Counted from the first letter of the stretch, positions 37,312-47,226 are shown. The stretch: 64,000 nt of DNA from Candidatus Omnitrophota bacterium (GCA_030695925.1 JAUYOH010000139.1:15142-79141); one strand, 5' to 3'. The notes: generated by a model from the letters alone, not told the origin. Numbers and translations are program-made.

Positions 37312-39680
37312 AATTTCAGACAGACTACGGTTATTTCACCGATGACGGGAAAGAGTATGTGATCACAAGGCCCGATACACCCAGGCCGTGGGTCAATGTA
37401 ATCTCAAACGGTTCATATTCACTCGTTATATCGCAGACAGGCTCTGGGTTCTCATGGTGGGAGAACTCTAACCTCGCCCGCCTTACAAGATGGGAACAGG
37501 ACCTCGTAAGGGACGAGTGGGGAAAATACATTTATATTAAAGATAAAGATTCGCTCGAGCACTGGTCGGTTACCTGGAAACCGGCCTGCCCGGATTTCGA
37601 GTCGTATGAATGCAGGCACGGCATGGGCTATTCGACCTTATCGGGTAAATATAGAGGAGTGAACTCATCTCTTACGGTCTTTGTCCCGCGCAACGAGCAG
37701 CTTGAGATCTGGAAACTTACCATAAAGAACGATTCCGATACCGTTAAGTCGTTGTCATTATTTACCTATTTTGAATGGCTATTGGGAAACAAGGACGATA
37801 ACCACCGTGAGTTTCACAAGACCTTTATCGGGACCTCGTATGAGAAGGAGTTACACGCCCTTTACGGAAAGAAGAGAAGGCAGCTTATACTTCCCGGTTC
37901 GGTAATCGGCGAATGGCCGTGCGAGGCGTTCTTTGCCTCCTCCGTTGAGCCCGAATTTTATGAGGGCGATAAGGAGAATTTTATAGGGATGTACCGGACG
38001 TTAGCCAACCCCATCGCGATAGAGAAAGGGGTGCTTACGAATACTACCGGCAGGTGGAACGATTCGATAGCGAGCTTGCACGTCGACCTGACTTTAAATC
38101 CCGGTGAGGCAAAGGATGTAATCTTCCTTCTGGGGTTAAGCCGGGGCAAGGCTAAGGACGCGGCGGTAATAAAGAAATATTTTGAGATCAAGAATGTTGA
38201 CGCGGCGCTCTCAGAGGTCAGGAAATTCTGGAACGATATGGTCTCGGGCCTCATAGTCAAGACACCGGATGACGCGTTAAACATAATGACCAATACATGG
38301 CTTAAGTATCAGACGATATCCGGCAGGATATGGGCCAGGTGCGCTTATTATCAGTCAAGCGGCGCGTACGGGTTCAGGGACCAGTTGCAGGACAGCCAGA
38401 TATTCCTGCCGTTAAATACGGCTCTTACAAAGAAACAGATATTGCTGCATGCCGCGCACCAGTTTAAGGACGGCACGGTCTACCATTGGTGGCATACGCT
38501 TGCCGAGTGGGGGCCGCGGACGAATAAAGTCGACGATCTATTATGGCTTGTCTTTGTGACTCTCAGCTATATAGAGGAGACGGCCGATTTTAAGATATTA
38601 AAAGAAAGAGTAAAATTCGTTGACGGCGGCAGCGCCACATTATTAGAACATTGCGAGCGTTCGATAAAGAAAGTCCTTTCAAGATTCTCGAAACGCGGAC
38701 TTCCCTTGATCGGCGAGGGAGACTGGAACGACGGCATGAACTTCGTCGGTGTCGAGATGAAAGGCGAATCCATATGGATGGCGCATTTCTTCGCGGATAT
38801 ACTCAAGAGGTGGTCGCAGGAAGTCCTCTCGGATAAGAAAGTCAACAGGAAATCCGACGCGAAGAGGTATCTCAAGAAATTCGAGGATATCAAGAAGGCG
38901 ATTAATAAATACGCTTGGGACGGAGAGTGGTACTGGAGAGCGACATGTGATGACGGCACCCTTGTCGGCAGTTCAAAGAATAAAGAGGGCAAGATATTCC
39001 TGAACGCGCAGATATGGGCGGTCATCGCCGGAACCGGCACCGAGGAACGCATCAAGAAAGCGATGGATTCCTGCGCGAAATACATCTACAGGGATTACGG
39101 CGCTATCCTCCTTTATCCCGCTTTCTCCGAGCCGAACGATAAGATAGGATATATCAGCCGTTACGCGGCAGGCGTCAGGGAGAACGGCGGCGTCTATACG
39201 CACGCGGCGACATGGGCTGTCATAGCCGAGTGTATGCGCAAGAACGCGGATGTCGCGTATGACCTCTACAGCAAGATATGTCCGCCCAACAGGACTAAAG
39301 ATATCGACCATTATAAGGTCGAGCCGTACGTCACCCCGGGTAATTCTGACGGTCCGGATTCGCCGAATTACGGACGGGGCAGCTGGACATGGTATACAGG
39401 TTCAGCAGCGTGGTTATGCAGGGTGGCGACGAACTGGATACTGGGCATACGCCCTGTCTTGAGAGGCCTTTTGATAGACCCTTGCATTCCGAAAGAGTGG
39501 GACGGTTTCGAGGTAACGAGAAGATTCAGGGGCGCGGTTTATAAGATAATCGTCTCTAACAAAGCTCACGTTTCCTGCGGCGTAAAAGAGATAACCCTCG
39601 ACGGTAAGAAATTAAACGGTAATATAGTGCCGCCCATTAAGGACAATAAGGTCCATCTTGTAGAGGTAATTCTTGGGTGA
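37308..39680 (+). CDS. GH94-family glycoside phosphorylase (cellobiose/chitobiose/beta-glucan phosphorylase-like)
   Basis: 790 aa, ATGA overlap with the SBP gene. YGYFTDDGKEYVITRPDTPRPWVNVISNG, FRDQLQDS and GEGDWNDGMN match GH94 signatures. Confidence 0.8.
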   Translation: MKFQTDYGYFTDDGKEYVITRPDTPRPWVNVISNGSYSLVISQTGSGFSWWENSNLARLTRWEQDLVRDEWGKYIYIKDKDSLEHWSVTWKPACPDFESYECRHGMGYSTLSGKYRGVNSSLTVFVPRNEQLEIWKLTIKNDSDTVKSLSLFTYFEWLLGNKDDNHREFHKTFIGTSYEKELHALYGKKRRQLILPGSVIGEWPCEAFFASSVEPEFYEGDKENFIGMYRTLANPIAIEKGVLTNTTGRWNDSIASLHVDLTLNPGEAKDVIFLLGLSRGKAKDAAVIKKYFEIKNVDAALSEVRKFWNDMVSGLIVKTPDDALNIMTNTWLKYQTISGRIWARCAYYQSSGAYGFRDQLQDSQIFLPLNTALTKKQILLHAAHQFKDGTVYHWWHTLAEWGPRTNKVDDLLWLVFVTLSYIEETADFKILKERVKFVDGGSATLLEHCERSIKKVLSRFSKRGLPLIGEGDWNDGMNFVGVEMKGESIWMAHFFADILKRWSQEVLSDKKVNRKSDAKRYLKKFEDIKKAINKYAWDGEWYWRATCDDGTLVGSSKNKEGKIFLNAQIWAVIAGTGTEERIKKAMDSCAKYIYRDYGAILLYPAFSEPNDKIGYISRYAAGVRENGGVYTHAATWAVIAECMRKNADVAYDLYSKICPPNRTKDIDHYKVEPYVTPGNSDGPDSPNYGRGSWTWYTGSAAWLCRVATNWILGIRPVLRGLLIDPCIPKEWDGFEVTRRFRGAVYKIIVSNKAHVSCGVKEITLDGKKLNGNIVPPIKDNKVHLVEVILG

Positions 39681-40657
39681 AAGTCGGTCTGACCTTTGAT
39701 TTAAAGCCCAAAGATTCTCCGGGCGACTTTTTTGCCGAGCACGACAGCGAAGAAACGATATCTTTGATAGAGAACGCGCTGAAGAAGCACGGCCATAAAG
39801 TCATTCGCATAGGCTCGGCCAAGGAACTGCTTAAAAAACTGCGCGCCTTAAACTGCGACATCGTCTTCAATATAGCCGAGGGGATATCCGGAAGGAACAG
39901 AGAGTCGGAAGTCCCCGCGATCCTCGAGGCCTTCGGAATTCCCTACGTAGGTTCAGATGCTTTGACACTCTCGGTCTCGCTGGATAAGATAATCTCAAAA
40001 AAGATATTCGCCTATCATGATATCCCCACGCCCCCTTACTTCGAGTGCGCTAATAAGAAGGACATGATCGTGCCTAAGGGGTTTTCTTTTCCGCTTATCG
40101 TTAAGCCGCGGTATGAGGGTTCTGCCAAGGGTATCGAACCCGACTCAAAAGTGAACGATTTCAAGGCCTTCAGGAAAAAGGTAAAACGTATAATCGAGGA
40201 CTACAGACAGCCTGCGCTTGTGGAAGAATTCATAAGCGGCTGGGAGTTTACCGTCGGCATAATCGGAAACGAGGTCCTGCCGGTCGTGCAGCGGCATGTG
40301 GAATCGAGGACGAACTTAAGCAGCCACATCTTTGAGAAGACGGGGACAGGTAAAGACAAATTAAGATATAAGGAATTCCTTGAGATAGAAGCCGAATTAG
40401 AGTCACAGATTAAGGACTACGCCCTTACCGCGTTCCGCGGTCTCGATTGCCGTGACTTCACGAGGCTGGATTTCCGCGTAAGCGAACGTCTTTCATCACG
40501 CAAGAAGCTAAAGATATATCTCTTGGAGATAAACCCTTTGCCGTCTCTGGCAAAAGACGATTACTTCGCGATGACGTCCGAGTTATTGGGCATTTCCTAT
40601 AATGAGATGATAAATAAGATCTTGGATGCCGCCGTTAAAAGATACAAATGCCGATGA
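39677..40657 (+). CDS. D-Ala--D-Ala ligase-family ATP-grasp enzyme (substrate unknown)
   Basis: 326 aa, GTG start overlapping the GH94 stop. Has DIVFNIAEGISGRNRESEVPAILEAFGIPYVGSDALTLSVSLDKIISKKIF, an ATP-grasp core (PLIVKPRYEGSAKGI) and LLEINPLPSL. Confidence 0.7.
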   Translation: MKVGLTFDLKPKDSPGDFFAEHDSEETISLIENALKKHGHKVIRIGSAKELLKKLRALNCDIVFNIAEGISGRNRESEVPAILEAFGIPYVGSDALTLSVSLDKIISKKIFAYHDIPTPPYFECANKKDMIVPKGFSFPLIVKPRYEGSAKGIEPDSKVNDFKAFRKKVKRIIEDYRQPALVEEFISGWEFTVGIIGNEVLPVVQRHVESRTNLSSHIFEKTGTGKDKLRYKEFLEIEAELESQIKDYALTAFRGLDCRDFTRLDFRVSERLSSRKKLKIYLLEINPLPSLAKDDYFAMTSELLGISYNEMINKILDAAVKRYKCR

Positions 40658-41433
40658 AAGACGCGTATTCATATCCTAAGTATTGCGACATAGCCTATAA
40701 CTGGGACAGAAAACCGGAGTGCGATTTCATCGAGGAGTGCATAAGGCGGTATTCTGATATTAAGGTCGCTTCCATTCTGGATATCGCTTGCGGCACAGGT
40801 ATACATTTAAGGGAATTCGCGCGGCGCGGTTACGATGTCATGGGATTAGACAAGTCGAAGGAAATGGTTGACTTCGTTATGCAAAAGTCCGAATCTGAGG
40901 GCCTTAAAATAAACTGTGCCCAATCAAGCATGAAGGAATTTAAATTGGGACGGCAATTTGAATGCGTGATCTGCATGCTCGATTCATTCAGGTATCTCCT
41001 GACAGATGAGGATATATTGTCACACCTGAAGTCTGTCGCTTATGCCCTTGAGCCGGGCGGCTTATATATATTGGATCTCTGGATGCCGAAAGGCGGGACG
41101 ATAACTGAGTGGGAGGATATTTCGTGGGTGCAAGGGGAGAAGGATATCCGGATAGACGCGAGATACTGCCAACATGCCGGGACATTCGACGAGAAGGCAA
41201 AGACCTTCGAGGACGAACTGATCTTCAGAGTGCAAAGCCCTGATTTTAATTCCGTTATAAGATCGCGCGTAAAGACAAGGGCCTTATATTACGGGGAATT
41301 TAAAAGCCTCATCGCCGCTTTAGGCTTTTTTGATTGTGTCGGCAGATTTTATAATTTTGACTTTGATTTAAAAGAAGGTTATAATATTAAAATAGTAAGG
41401 ACTAATATAATCTTAAAGAGAAAAAGGGGGTAG
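40648..41433 (+). CDS. Class I SAM-dependent methyltransferase
   Basis: 261 aa. Motif I ILDIACGTGIH; LDKSKEMV; post-I and motif II pattern. 10-nt overlap with the ATP-grasp gene. Confidence 0.75.
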   Translation: MPMKDAYSYPKYCDIAYNWDRKPECDFIEECIRRYSDIKVASILDIACGTGIHLREFARRGYDVMGLDKSKEMVDFVMQKSESEGLKINCAQSSMKEFKLGRQFECVICMLDSFRYLLTDEDILSHLKSVAYALEPGGLYILDLWMPKGGTITEWEDISWVQGEKDIRIDARYCQHAGTFDEKAKTFEDELIFRVQSPDFNSVIRSRVKTRALYYGEFKSLIAALGFFDCVGRFYNFDFDLKEGYNIKIVRTNIILKRKRG

Positions 41434-41438
41434 GCAAG

Positions 41439-41780
41439 ATGCGAAACGGCGTATTTAAGTCTGTAACAATATCGGTCTTATTTATCGGCATGATTTACTT
41501 GGTAGGCTGCGCCGGCATCGAACCGCCTACGCCGAAGGAGATCTTAAGCCATCCTTTTGGGACATCGATGTTGCGAGTTGGCCTGACAAAAGATAGGATT
41601 CTGGCGCAATGGGGCGATCCGGATTTAAAGGAATATGACAACACGGGCAAATGGGACAACGCCAAGGAGAAATGGACTTATTACGCCAGATATGGGGAGG
41701 TCCCGGTAAACGCGGGATACCTTTCGAAGACGCAATATCTTTATTTTGACGGAAACTATTTAGTCAAATTTACCGAATAG
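41439..41780 (+). CDS. Small lipoprotein, BamE/SmpA-OmlA-like
   Basis: 113 aa with lipobox YLVGCAG. RVGLTKDRILAQWGDPD...KWTYY resembles the SmpA_OmlA fold signature. Confidence 0.45.
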   Translation: MRNGVFKSVTISVLFIGMIYLVGCAGIEPPTPKEILSHPFGTSMLRVGLTKDRILAQWGDPDLKEYDNTGKWDNAKEKWTYYARYGEVPVNAGYLSKTQYLYFDGNYLVKFTE

Positions 41781-41829
41781 TATGACTGAGATGTTTAATT
41801 GTTGTGTCCAAAAGATGACCCTCGAAGCC

Positions 41830-43179
41830 TTACTCGGTGATCCCAGTAAAAGTAAAATCCTTGATCAGTATTGCCGGTACGACATAAGAGCCGATCTCCT
41901 GCGCGGGATCGCTTATCAGTTTTCTTTCCTTCGAGATACCCTTGATGTTCGAGAAGGCCCTTAAGATACTTTCGGTAAACCGCAGGTTCTTTAAGGGTTT
42001 TTTGACTTTGCCGTCTTCGATTAAAAATGTGCCGTCGCGGGTGAGCCCGGTCATCAGCGCTTCTTTGGGCTCAAGCAGGCCGTTTACATAATGGAATCTT
42101 GTCACCGATATTCCCTTGTTTATAGACTTTCTCATCTCATCGATCGATAAATCGCCCGGTTCCATAACGAGATTAAGCGGCAGAGGGCCGTCGGTCTCAT
42201 CGGGCAAGGGGGCATGGCCGGTCGATTCCTTTTTATATAACGAGCCGTAGTGGCTGTCATACACCACTCCCTTCGCGACTCCGTTCTCTATAAGCATGAC
42301 CTTCTTCTTGGGAGTCCCCTCGAAATCGAAAGGATATACGATCGTTTCGGGATTGAAGCCATCATCGTATATCGTGACCTTCTCGGACATTATCTTGTCC
42401 CCTATCCTGTCCGCCATAAACGAGGTCTTCTCATAGAACTGCTTCGCGCCGAAACCGATGTAACCGAGCCACTGCATTATCTCCCCGACCGCCTCAGGTT
42501 CCAGGAGGCAGTCATACCCGCCTAATTCTATCTGCTGCGGATTTTTCCCGTCGAGGCATTTTCTGACGGCTTCCTCGAGGGTGTTTTCCCAGTTTATCAT
42601 CGCCACATTCCTTGAGACCTGCCCGCCGAATCCCGATGAGTTCTCGTCCATCGCGATTAATTTAAGCACCGCGGATGTCGCGGCCTGATATCTGGCGTCG
42701 TTATATGAATTTACCACCGCTATCTCTTCTTCGCCGGTCATAAAGGAGCCGGCCAGACGCAGGTCATATTTTTTTACGGAATCAAAGGTCCGGGTTATAT
42801 TCTCTATCCTGCGGTCGAAGAGGGGGTCGACGGTCTCCTGATAATATGTGGTGACCGGAGGGACTATCTCCCCGGACGGGAATTTGGCTGTTACCTTTGG
42901 TTTTGGCGAGACCTTCGCGATATGAGAGGCGGTCTTAAGCGCTTCCCTCAAGTCATCCGGCTTAAGCGAGCCGGTGGAGGAGACGCCTATCTTGCCGTCA
43001 AAGTCGACCTTAAAGAATATTTCTATCTCGGATTCCTCGATGTCCTGATGTATCCTGAAATTGCGGAACCTCGTGACCCTCATCATGGTGGAGTAACAGC
43101 ATACGAGCGTCTGGTCGGCGTTGGACCATTTAACCGCTTGCGTCAGGATATCGAGCAATTCTTCTTTTCCGATGGTCAT
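41830..43179 (-). CDS. pmbA: PmbA/TldE-family protein (non-catalytic partner of TldD)
   Basis: 449 aa. TldD/PmbA-fold sequence without an HExxxH motif. 4-nt overlap with the upstream tldD-like gene. Confidence 0.75.
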   Translation of the reverse strand: MTIGKEELLDILTQAVKWSNADQTLVCCYSTMMRVTRFRNFRIHQDIEESEIEIFFKVDFDGKIGVSSTGSLKPDDLREALKTASHIAKVSPKPKVTAKFPSGEIVPPVTTYYQETVDPLFDRRIENITRTFDSVKKYDLRLAGSFMTGEEEIAVVNSYNDARYQAATSAVLKLIAMDENSSGFGGQVSRNVAMINWENTLEEAVRKCLDGKNPQQIELGGYDCLLEPEAVGEIMQWLGYIGFGAKQFYEKTSFMADRIGDKIMSEKVTIYDDGFNPETIVYPFDFEGTPKKKVMLIENGVAKGVVYDSHYGSLYKKESTGHAPLPDETDGPLPLNLVMEPGDLSIDEMRKSINKGISVTRFHYVNGLLEPKEALMTGLTRDGTFLIEDGKVKKPLKNLRFTESILRAFSNIKGISKERKLISDPAQEIGSYVVPAILIKDFTFTGITE

Positions 43180-44615
43180 CTTTTTTTACCTACCTGTACA
43201 TTTTCAAATCTCGCGGGGGATGCGCCGTGGCCTACGTGCATGACCTGTCCGGGTTCTCCCTTTCCGCAATTAGGTATACCGTGCAGTTTCCAGTATTTCG
43301 AGTTCGCGATGCCGCTGCAACTTGCCCAGAAGTCCGGCGTTATGCCTGTGTAAAAGGGATTTTTCAGGACATCGCCGATTTTTCCGTTCTTGATCTCCCA
43401 GCCTATTTCGGTGCCGAATTGAAAATTAAGCCTCATATCATCTATGGACCATGTTTTATTGGTCGCAAGCAAGATGCCGTCTTTCGTATCAGAGATAAGT
43501 TCTTCGAGGCTCGACTCTCCCGGTTCGAGATTTATATTCGTCATCCTTATCAGGGGAAGGGCGCTCCAGCTGGAAGCCCTCATCGCGCCGCTGGATCTTC
43601 CGCCTATCTTGTGCGCCGCCTCTCTCGAACTTAAGTATCCGACAAATATACCGTCTTTTATAATAGGTATCTTTTGCGCGACTACACCTTCGTCATCGAA
43701 AGCGAAAGTACCCACACCGCCCTCGCAGGTGGCATCCGCCGTGATATTGATTAATTTTGAGCCATATCTGAATTTTCCGAGTTTATCCGAACTAAGAAAA
43801 GTCGCTCCCGCGAAACTTACCTCATCGCCAAAGGCCCTGTCCAATTCAGCCGCGTGGCCGCATGACTCGTGTATCTGGAGCGCTAACTGTGTCGTATCTA
43901 GGATCACTGTTGTTATCTTTGAGGGACATTCCTTCGCGTGAAGCAGGCTTACGGCTTCTTTCTTTACTCCCTCCGCGCCGCCTACGAGGTCGAGCTCCGT
44001 TATATATTCGTATCCTCTTTGAGCGATATCGCTGTGCGCCATAGGGTATGACCTGCGCTGGACCTCATCGCCCGAGACGGCTATCGCTTCTACATAGCCG
44101 CCGCTTTCTATGAACTCCTGCTCTATCTCCGAGCCCTCGGTAGAGAGAAAGAACTTGTATGTACGGTAGAAATCGAGCGCGGCAACGGCAGTCTTTATAT
44201 TCTGGTGGGATTTTAAGGCCTGGGATGCCGACATCAGGTAGTCTAGTTTTTTATGTATGGGGACTTCAAAAGGATCTGTCTCGCATCTGGATTTAAACGA
44301 CGCCTTGACCGCCTCGACTGGCGCTAAGTAGATCTTTGTCTTGTTTATAGTCGCGGTCGCCTCGGCTATCGCCATCGCGCGCTGCGCGGTCTTCTCGACA
44401 TTATTCTTGGAAAGGTCAGCGCAGGAAGAGAATCCCCAGCTTCCGCGCTTTAAGATGCGCACCGAGAAACCCTCGTCGGTCTTGGAGGCGATATTTTCCA
44501 CCTCGTTATTCTTTACGACAAGGGACTCGTGGCTGCGTCTTACGAAACGGATATCCGCGTAGTCGACCTCTTTGCTTTTAAGATATTTTATACCGTTCCT
44601 GAGGGCTTCTTTCAT
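43176..44615 (-). CDS. tldD: TldD-family metalloprotease
   Basis: 479 aa. HESCGH (HExxxH) metal site within QIHESCGHAAELD. C-terminal GxC...G barrel region typical of TldD. Confidence 0.8.
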   Translation of the reverse strand: MKEALRNGIKYLKSKEVDYADIRFVRRSHESLVVKNNEVENIASKTDEGFSVRILKRGSWGFSSCADLSKNNVEKTAQRAMAIAEATATINKTKIYLAPVEAVKASFKSRCETDPFEVPIHKKLDYLMSASQALKSHQNIKTAVAALDFYRTYKFFLSTEGSEIEQEFIESGGYVEAIAVSGDEVQRRSYPMAHSDIAQRGYEYITELDLVGGAEGVKKEAVSLLHAKECPSKITTVILDTTQLALQIHESCGHAAELDRAFGDEVSFAGATFLSSDKLGKFRYGSKLINITADATCEGGVGTFAFDDEGVVAQKIPIIKDGIFVGYLSSREAAHKIGGRSSGAMRASSWSALPLIRMTNINLEPGESSLEELISDTKDGILLATNKTWSIDDMRLNFQFGTEIGWEIKNGKIGDVLKNPFYTGITPDFWASCSGIANSKYWKLHGIPNCGKGEPGQVMHVGHGASPARFENVQVGKKR

Positions 44616-44655
44616 GGGTATCAGAGGTTAATTATACCATCTCGCCTTTAAAACA

Positions 44656-44664
44656 TGCTATAAT
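44656..44664 (+). promoter_or_regulatory. Extended -10 promoter (TGcTATAAT) predicting a near-leaderless mRNA
   Basis: TGCTATAAT at 44656-44664. The ATG of the 471-aa ORF lies 11 nt after the -10, and no SD lies between them. Confidence 0.4.
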
Positions 44665-44674
44665 CTTTTTCAAG

Positions 44675-46090
44675 ATGAAAAATGAGATAAAAACGATACA
44701 GGAAAAGCTAAACAAAGTTTTCTTAAGGCTTCCCAAATCGACAGTACGGCAGTTGTTCGACAAGTTAAGGGAGGAATCGCTGAGGCGCGGCGTGGTCCTG
44801 TACGACGAGGAAGGTGAGCCGCAGGTGGTGGCTATCTGTGTCCGTCCTTGGATCATGACAAAACAGCAGAAGAGGTTCTTCCACGGGCTCTGCCTCAATA
44901 TGAAGAAAGCGCTTCAGAGGATGGCCCAGATATATTATAACGAACCGCAGGCAAGGCAGATCCTCACGCTTACCCCGCGTGAAGAGGAGTGGTTCTTCGA
45001 GATATACGGGGCGAGCACCCGCCGCATCCAGAGACACCAGACCGTCTTTGACAGGGTCGACGCCAACGCCGTATTTTCCGTAGCCAATTGGAAGAATTCC
45101 TTTATATTCATCGAGACTAACGCCATCGGTGTTGGCGGGGTCCATTATATCCCCGCCGCGACGTATATATTGGAAGACATAGTATTTCCTGTCATCAGGG
45201 ACAGCATAAGCAATATAAGACTGGAAAGGCAGGACGATATCCGTGAGCTCCTGTTTGAGACCATAATGAATCACGCGAAGAAGATCGGCCGTCCCCGTCC
45301 CAATGTCATTTTTATGGAGGACCAGCGCTCGCTCGACGGCTCGGACGAGCACGCGTTCGCCGCTATTTACCTAAGGACGAAAGGAGCGACCGCTTTCGCG
45401 ACCGACCCGAGGGAGCTATACCTTAAGGACGGCCAGATATACTTCAGGGATACGCCTGTCGATATAATCTACAGGGACTGTTCGATAGACGAATTGCAAG
45501 AGATGGAAGACCAAGGCGAAAAAGTAGACATTTTGAAAGAGGCGTTTAAGAAGAATCAGGTCGTCTCTTCCATATCCGGTGAATTTGACCACAAGAGCAC
45601 GTTCGAGATATTTACCGACGATGATTATAGCGGTTATTTTACGCCGATACAAAGAAGGTTGTTCAAAAAATATGTCGCCTGGACGCGCCTGATCTGGGAC
45701 AGGAAGACCGAATGCCCGACAGGAAGGCGTGTCGATCTTTTGAAATATATAGAGACGCATAAGGACGGCCTTGTCATAAAACCGAACAGGACCTACGGCG
45801 GCAAAGACGTCGTTATAGGACGATTCGTAAAGGCCGCCGAGTGGAAGAAGGCGCTGGAAGAAGCGATAAAAGATGAACGCTCCTGTGTCGTACAGGAATA
45901 CGCCGAGGTCAAGGAAGAAAAGTTTCCTGTCCTTAACGAAGACGGGACGGTCACGATGGAAAAAAATTATGAGATCTCAGGATTCACCTCATCCGAGTCG
46001 GGGCTCGCCGTTATGGCGAGATGCTCGATAGACCCGGTCGTGAATATCTCGCGAAGAGGCGGCATCATCCCCGTTGTCCTTGTAGAATAA
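44675..46090 (+). CDS. Uncharacterised protein, ATP-grasp-like (possibly circularly permuted amidoligase type)
   Basis: 471 aa. C-terminal LVIKPNRTYGGKDVVIGRF...CVVQEY resembles the ATP-grasp nucleotide loop. The family name was not verified. Confidence 0.35.
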   Translation: MKNEIKTIQEKLNKVFLRLPKSTVRQLFDKLREESLRRGVVLYDEEGEPQVVAICVRPWIMTKQQKRFFHGLCLNMKKALQRMAQIYYNEPQARQILTLTPREEEWFFEIYGASTRRIQRHQTVFDRVDANAVFSVANWKNSFIFIETNAIGVGGVHYIPAATYILEDIVFPVIRDSISNIRLERQDDIRELLFETIMNHAKKIGRPRPNVIFMEDQRSLDGSDEHAFAAIYLRTKGATAFATDPRELYLKDGQIYFRDTPVDIIYRDCSIDELQEMEDQGEKVDILKEAFKKNQVVSSISGEFDHKSTFEIFTDDDYSGYFTPIQRRLFKKYVAWTRLIWDRKTECPTGRRVDLLKYIETHKDGLVIKPNRTYGGKDVVIGRFVKAAEWKKALEEAIKDERSCVVQEYAEVKEEKFPVLNEDGTVTMEKNYEISGFTSSESGLAVMARCSIDPVVNISRRGGIIPVVLVE

Positions 46091-46097
46091 TTTACCC

Positions 46098-46126
46098 TTG
46101 ACAGAGCCCTAAAGGTGAGGTATATT
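46098..46126 (+). promoter_or_regulatory. Sigma-70 promoter of the LacI-family regulator operon
   Basis: TTGACA (46098-46103), 17-nt spacer, TATATT (46121-46126). Confidence 0.55.
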
Positions 46127-46159
46127 TGAAGCACTTCAATTTTTATTGAAAGATTTCAA
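46126..46159. promoter_or_regulatory. Two LacI-type palindromic operators (O1 TTGAAGCACTTCAA, O2 TTGAAAGATTTCAA)
   Basis: O1 at 46126-46139 overlaps the -10; O2 is at 46146-46159. Centres are 20 bp apart. The motif recurs at 48425, 49116 and 49168. Confidence 0.6.
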
Positions 46160-46182
46160 TTATATGTCAAAGTGACTGCCAT

Positions 46183-47226
46183 ATGAAGATAACTCTCGAA
46201 CAAGTTGCCAAGAAATCAAATCTTTCCACCGGAACGGTCTCGATGGCCTTAAGGAACGATCCGCGGATCAAAGAATCGACCCGGAAATACGTCCTTGAGC
46301 TGGCTCAAAGATTAAATTATATTCCTTCCGCTTTAGGGAGGTCATTAGCTACTCAGAAGACCCAGATACTCGGGCTTACGATAACAGATATAACAAATCC
46401 CTTCTTTACAGAGGTCTTCAAGGGGGTCGAGGACATGGCCGTGAAGAATGGCTACAGCGTCATCCTCTCAAACACCGAATACGACCTTAAGCGCGAGACC
46501 GAGATTTTAAGGATATTTCTGGAAGGACGGGTTGACGGCCTGGTTATAGACCCGGTCGAAAACAACACTGATTTCGCGATGCTAAAGCAGCTCAAGAGGA
46601 TGGGCATACCATTTGTCTTATTAAGAAAGTTAAAGGGCCTGGAGAAAGAATATGACTATGTGATGGCCGATGATAAGAAAGGAGCCATTATTTTGACCCA
46701 GCATCTTATTAATATGGGCCATAGGCGCATAGGATATATAGGAAGCACGCAATGCGGAGTGACCGACCACGACAGGTTTTTGGGCTACAAACAGGCCCTC
46801 GCAAAAGCAGGCATAGAATTTGACGCGGGTTTAGTCACCAGCCATGATAGTTTTAGTTTATCCGAAGGCCTTAAGGTAGGCCGGGGACTGCTTCAGGCGA
46901 GAAAGGATATAGACGCTGTAGTCGCTTTCAATGACCTTTTGGCCTTAGGTGTTATGGAGGCGGCGTATTCTTTGGGCCTGCGCGTCCCGGAAGATTTAGC
47001 CGTGGGCGGGTTCGACGATATTTATATAAGCGGTTTAAGTCCGGTGTCATTAACTACCATCGCCTTGCCGAAATACGAATTGGGAAGCCGGGCAACCGAA
47101 CTGCTTATAGATAAGATAGAGGCGAAAAGGTCCAAGCGCCCCGCTAAGACAAACCAGATAGTATTGGAACCGAAACTGGTCATAAGAAGGTCGTGTGGGC
47201 ATAAAGAAAAGGAGGAGCAGCGATGA
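46183..47226 (+). CDS. LacI/GalR-family transcriptional regulator
   Basis: 347 aa. N-terminal HTH (ITLEQVAKKSNLSTGTVSMALRNDPRIKESTRKYVLELAQRLNYIPS). Periplasmic-binding-protein-like core (AVVAFNDLLALGVMEA, LAVGGFDD). Confidence 0.85.
   Translation: MKITLEQVAKKSNLSTGTVSMALRNDPRIKESTRKYVLELAQRLNYIPSALGRSLATQKTQILGLTITDITNPFFTEVFKGVEDMAVKNGYSVILSNTEYDLKRETEILRIFLEGRVDGLVIDPVENNTDFAMLKQLKRMGIPFVLLRKLKGLEKEYDYVMADDKKGAIILTQHLINMGHRRIGYIGSTQCGVTDHDRFLGYKQALAKAGIEFDAGLVTSHDSFSLSEGLKVGRGLLQARKDIDAVVAFNDLLALGVMEAAYSLGLRVPEDLAVGGFDDIYISGLSPVSLTTIALPKYELGSRATELLIDKIEAKRSKRPAKTNQIVLEPKLVIRRSCGHKEKEEQR

Noticed and set aside
41782-41964. 60-aa plus-strand ORF after the lipoprotein gene.
   Set aside because: Most of it overlaps the 3' end of the convergent pmbA-like gene. 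It has no RBS and no motif. I considered it as a precursor peptide for TldD/PmbA, but nothing supports that.
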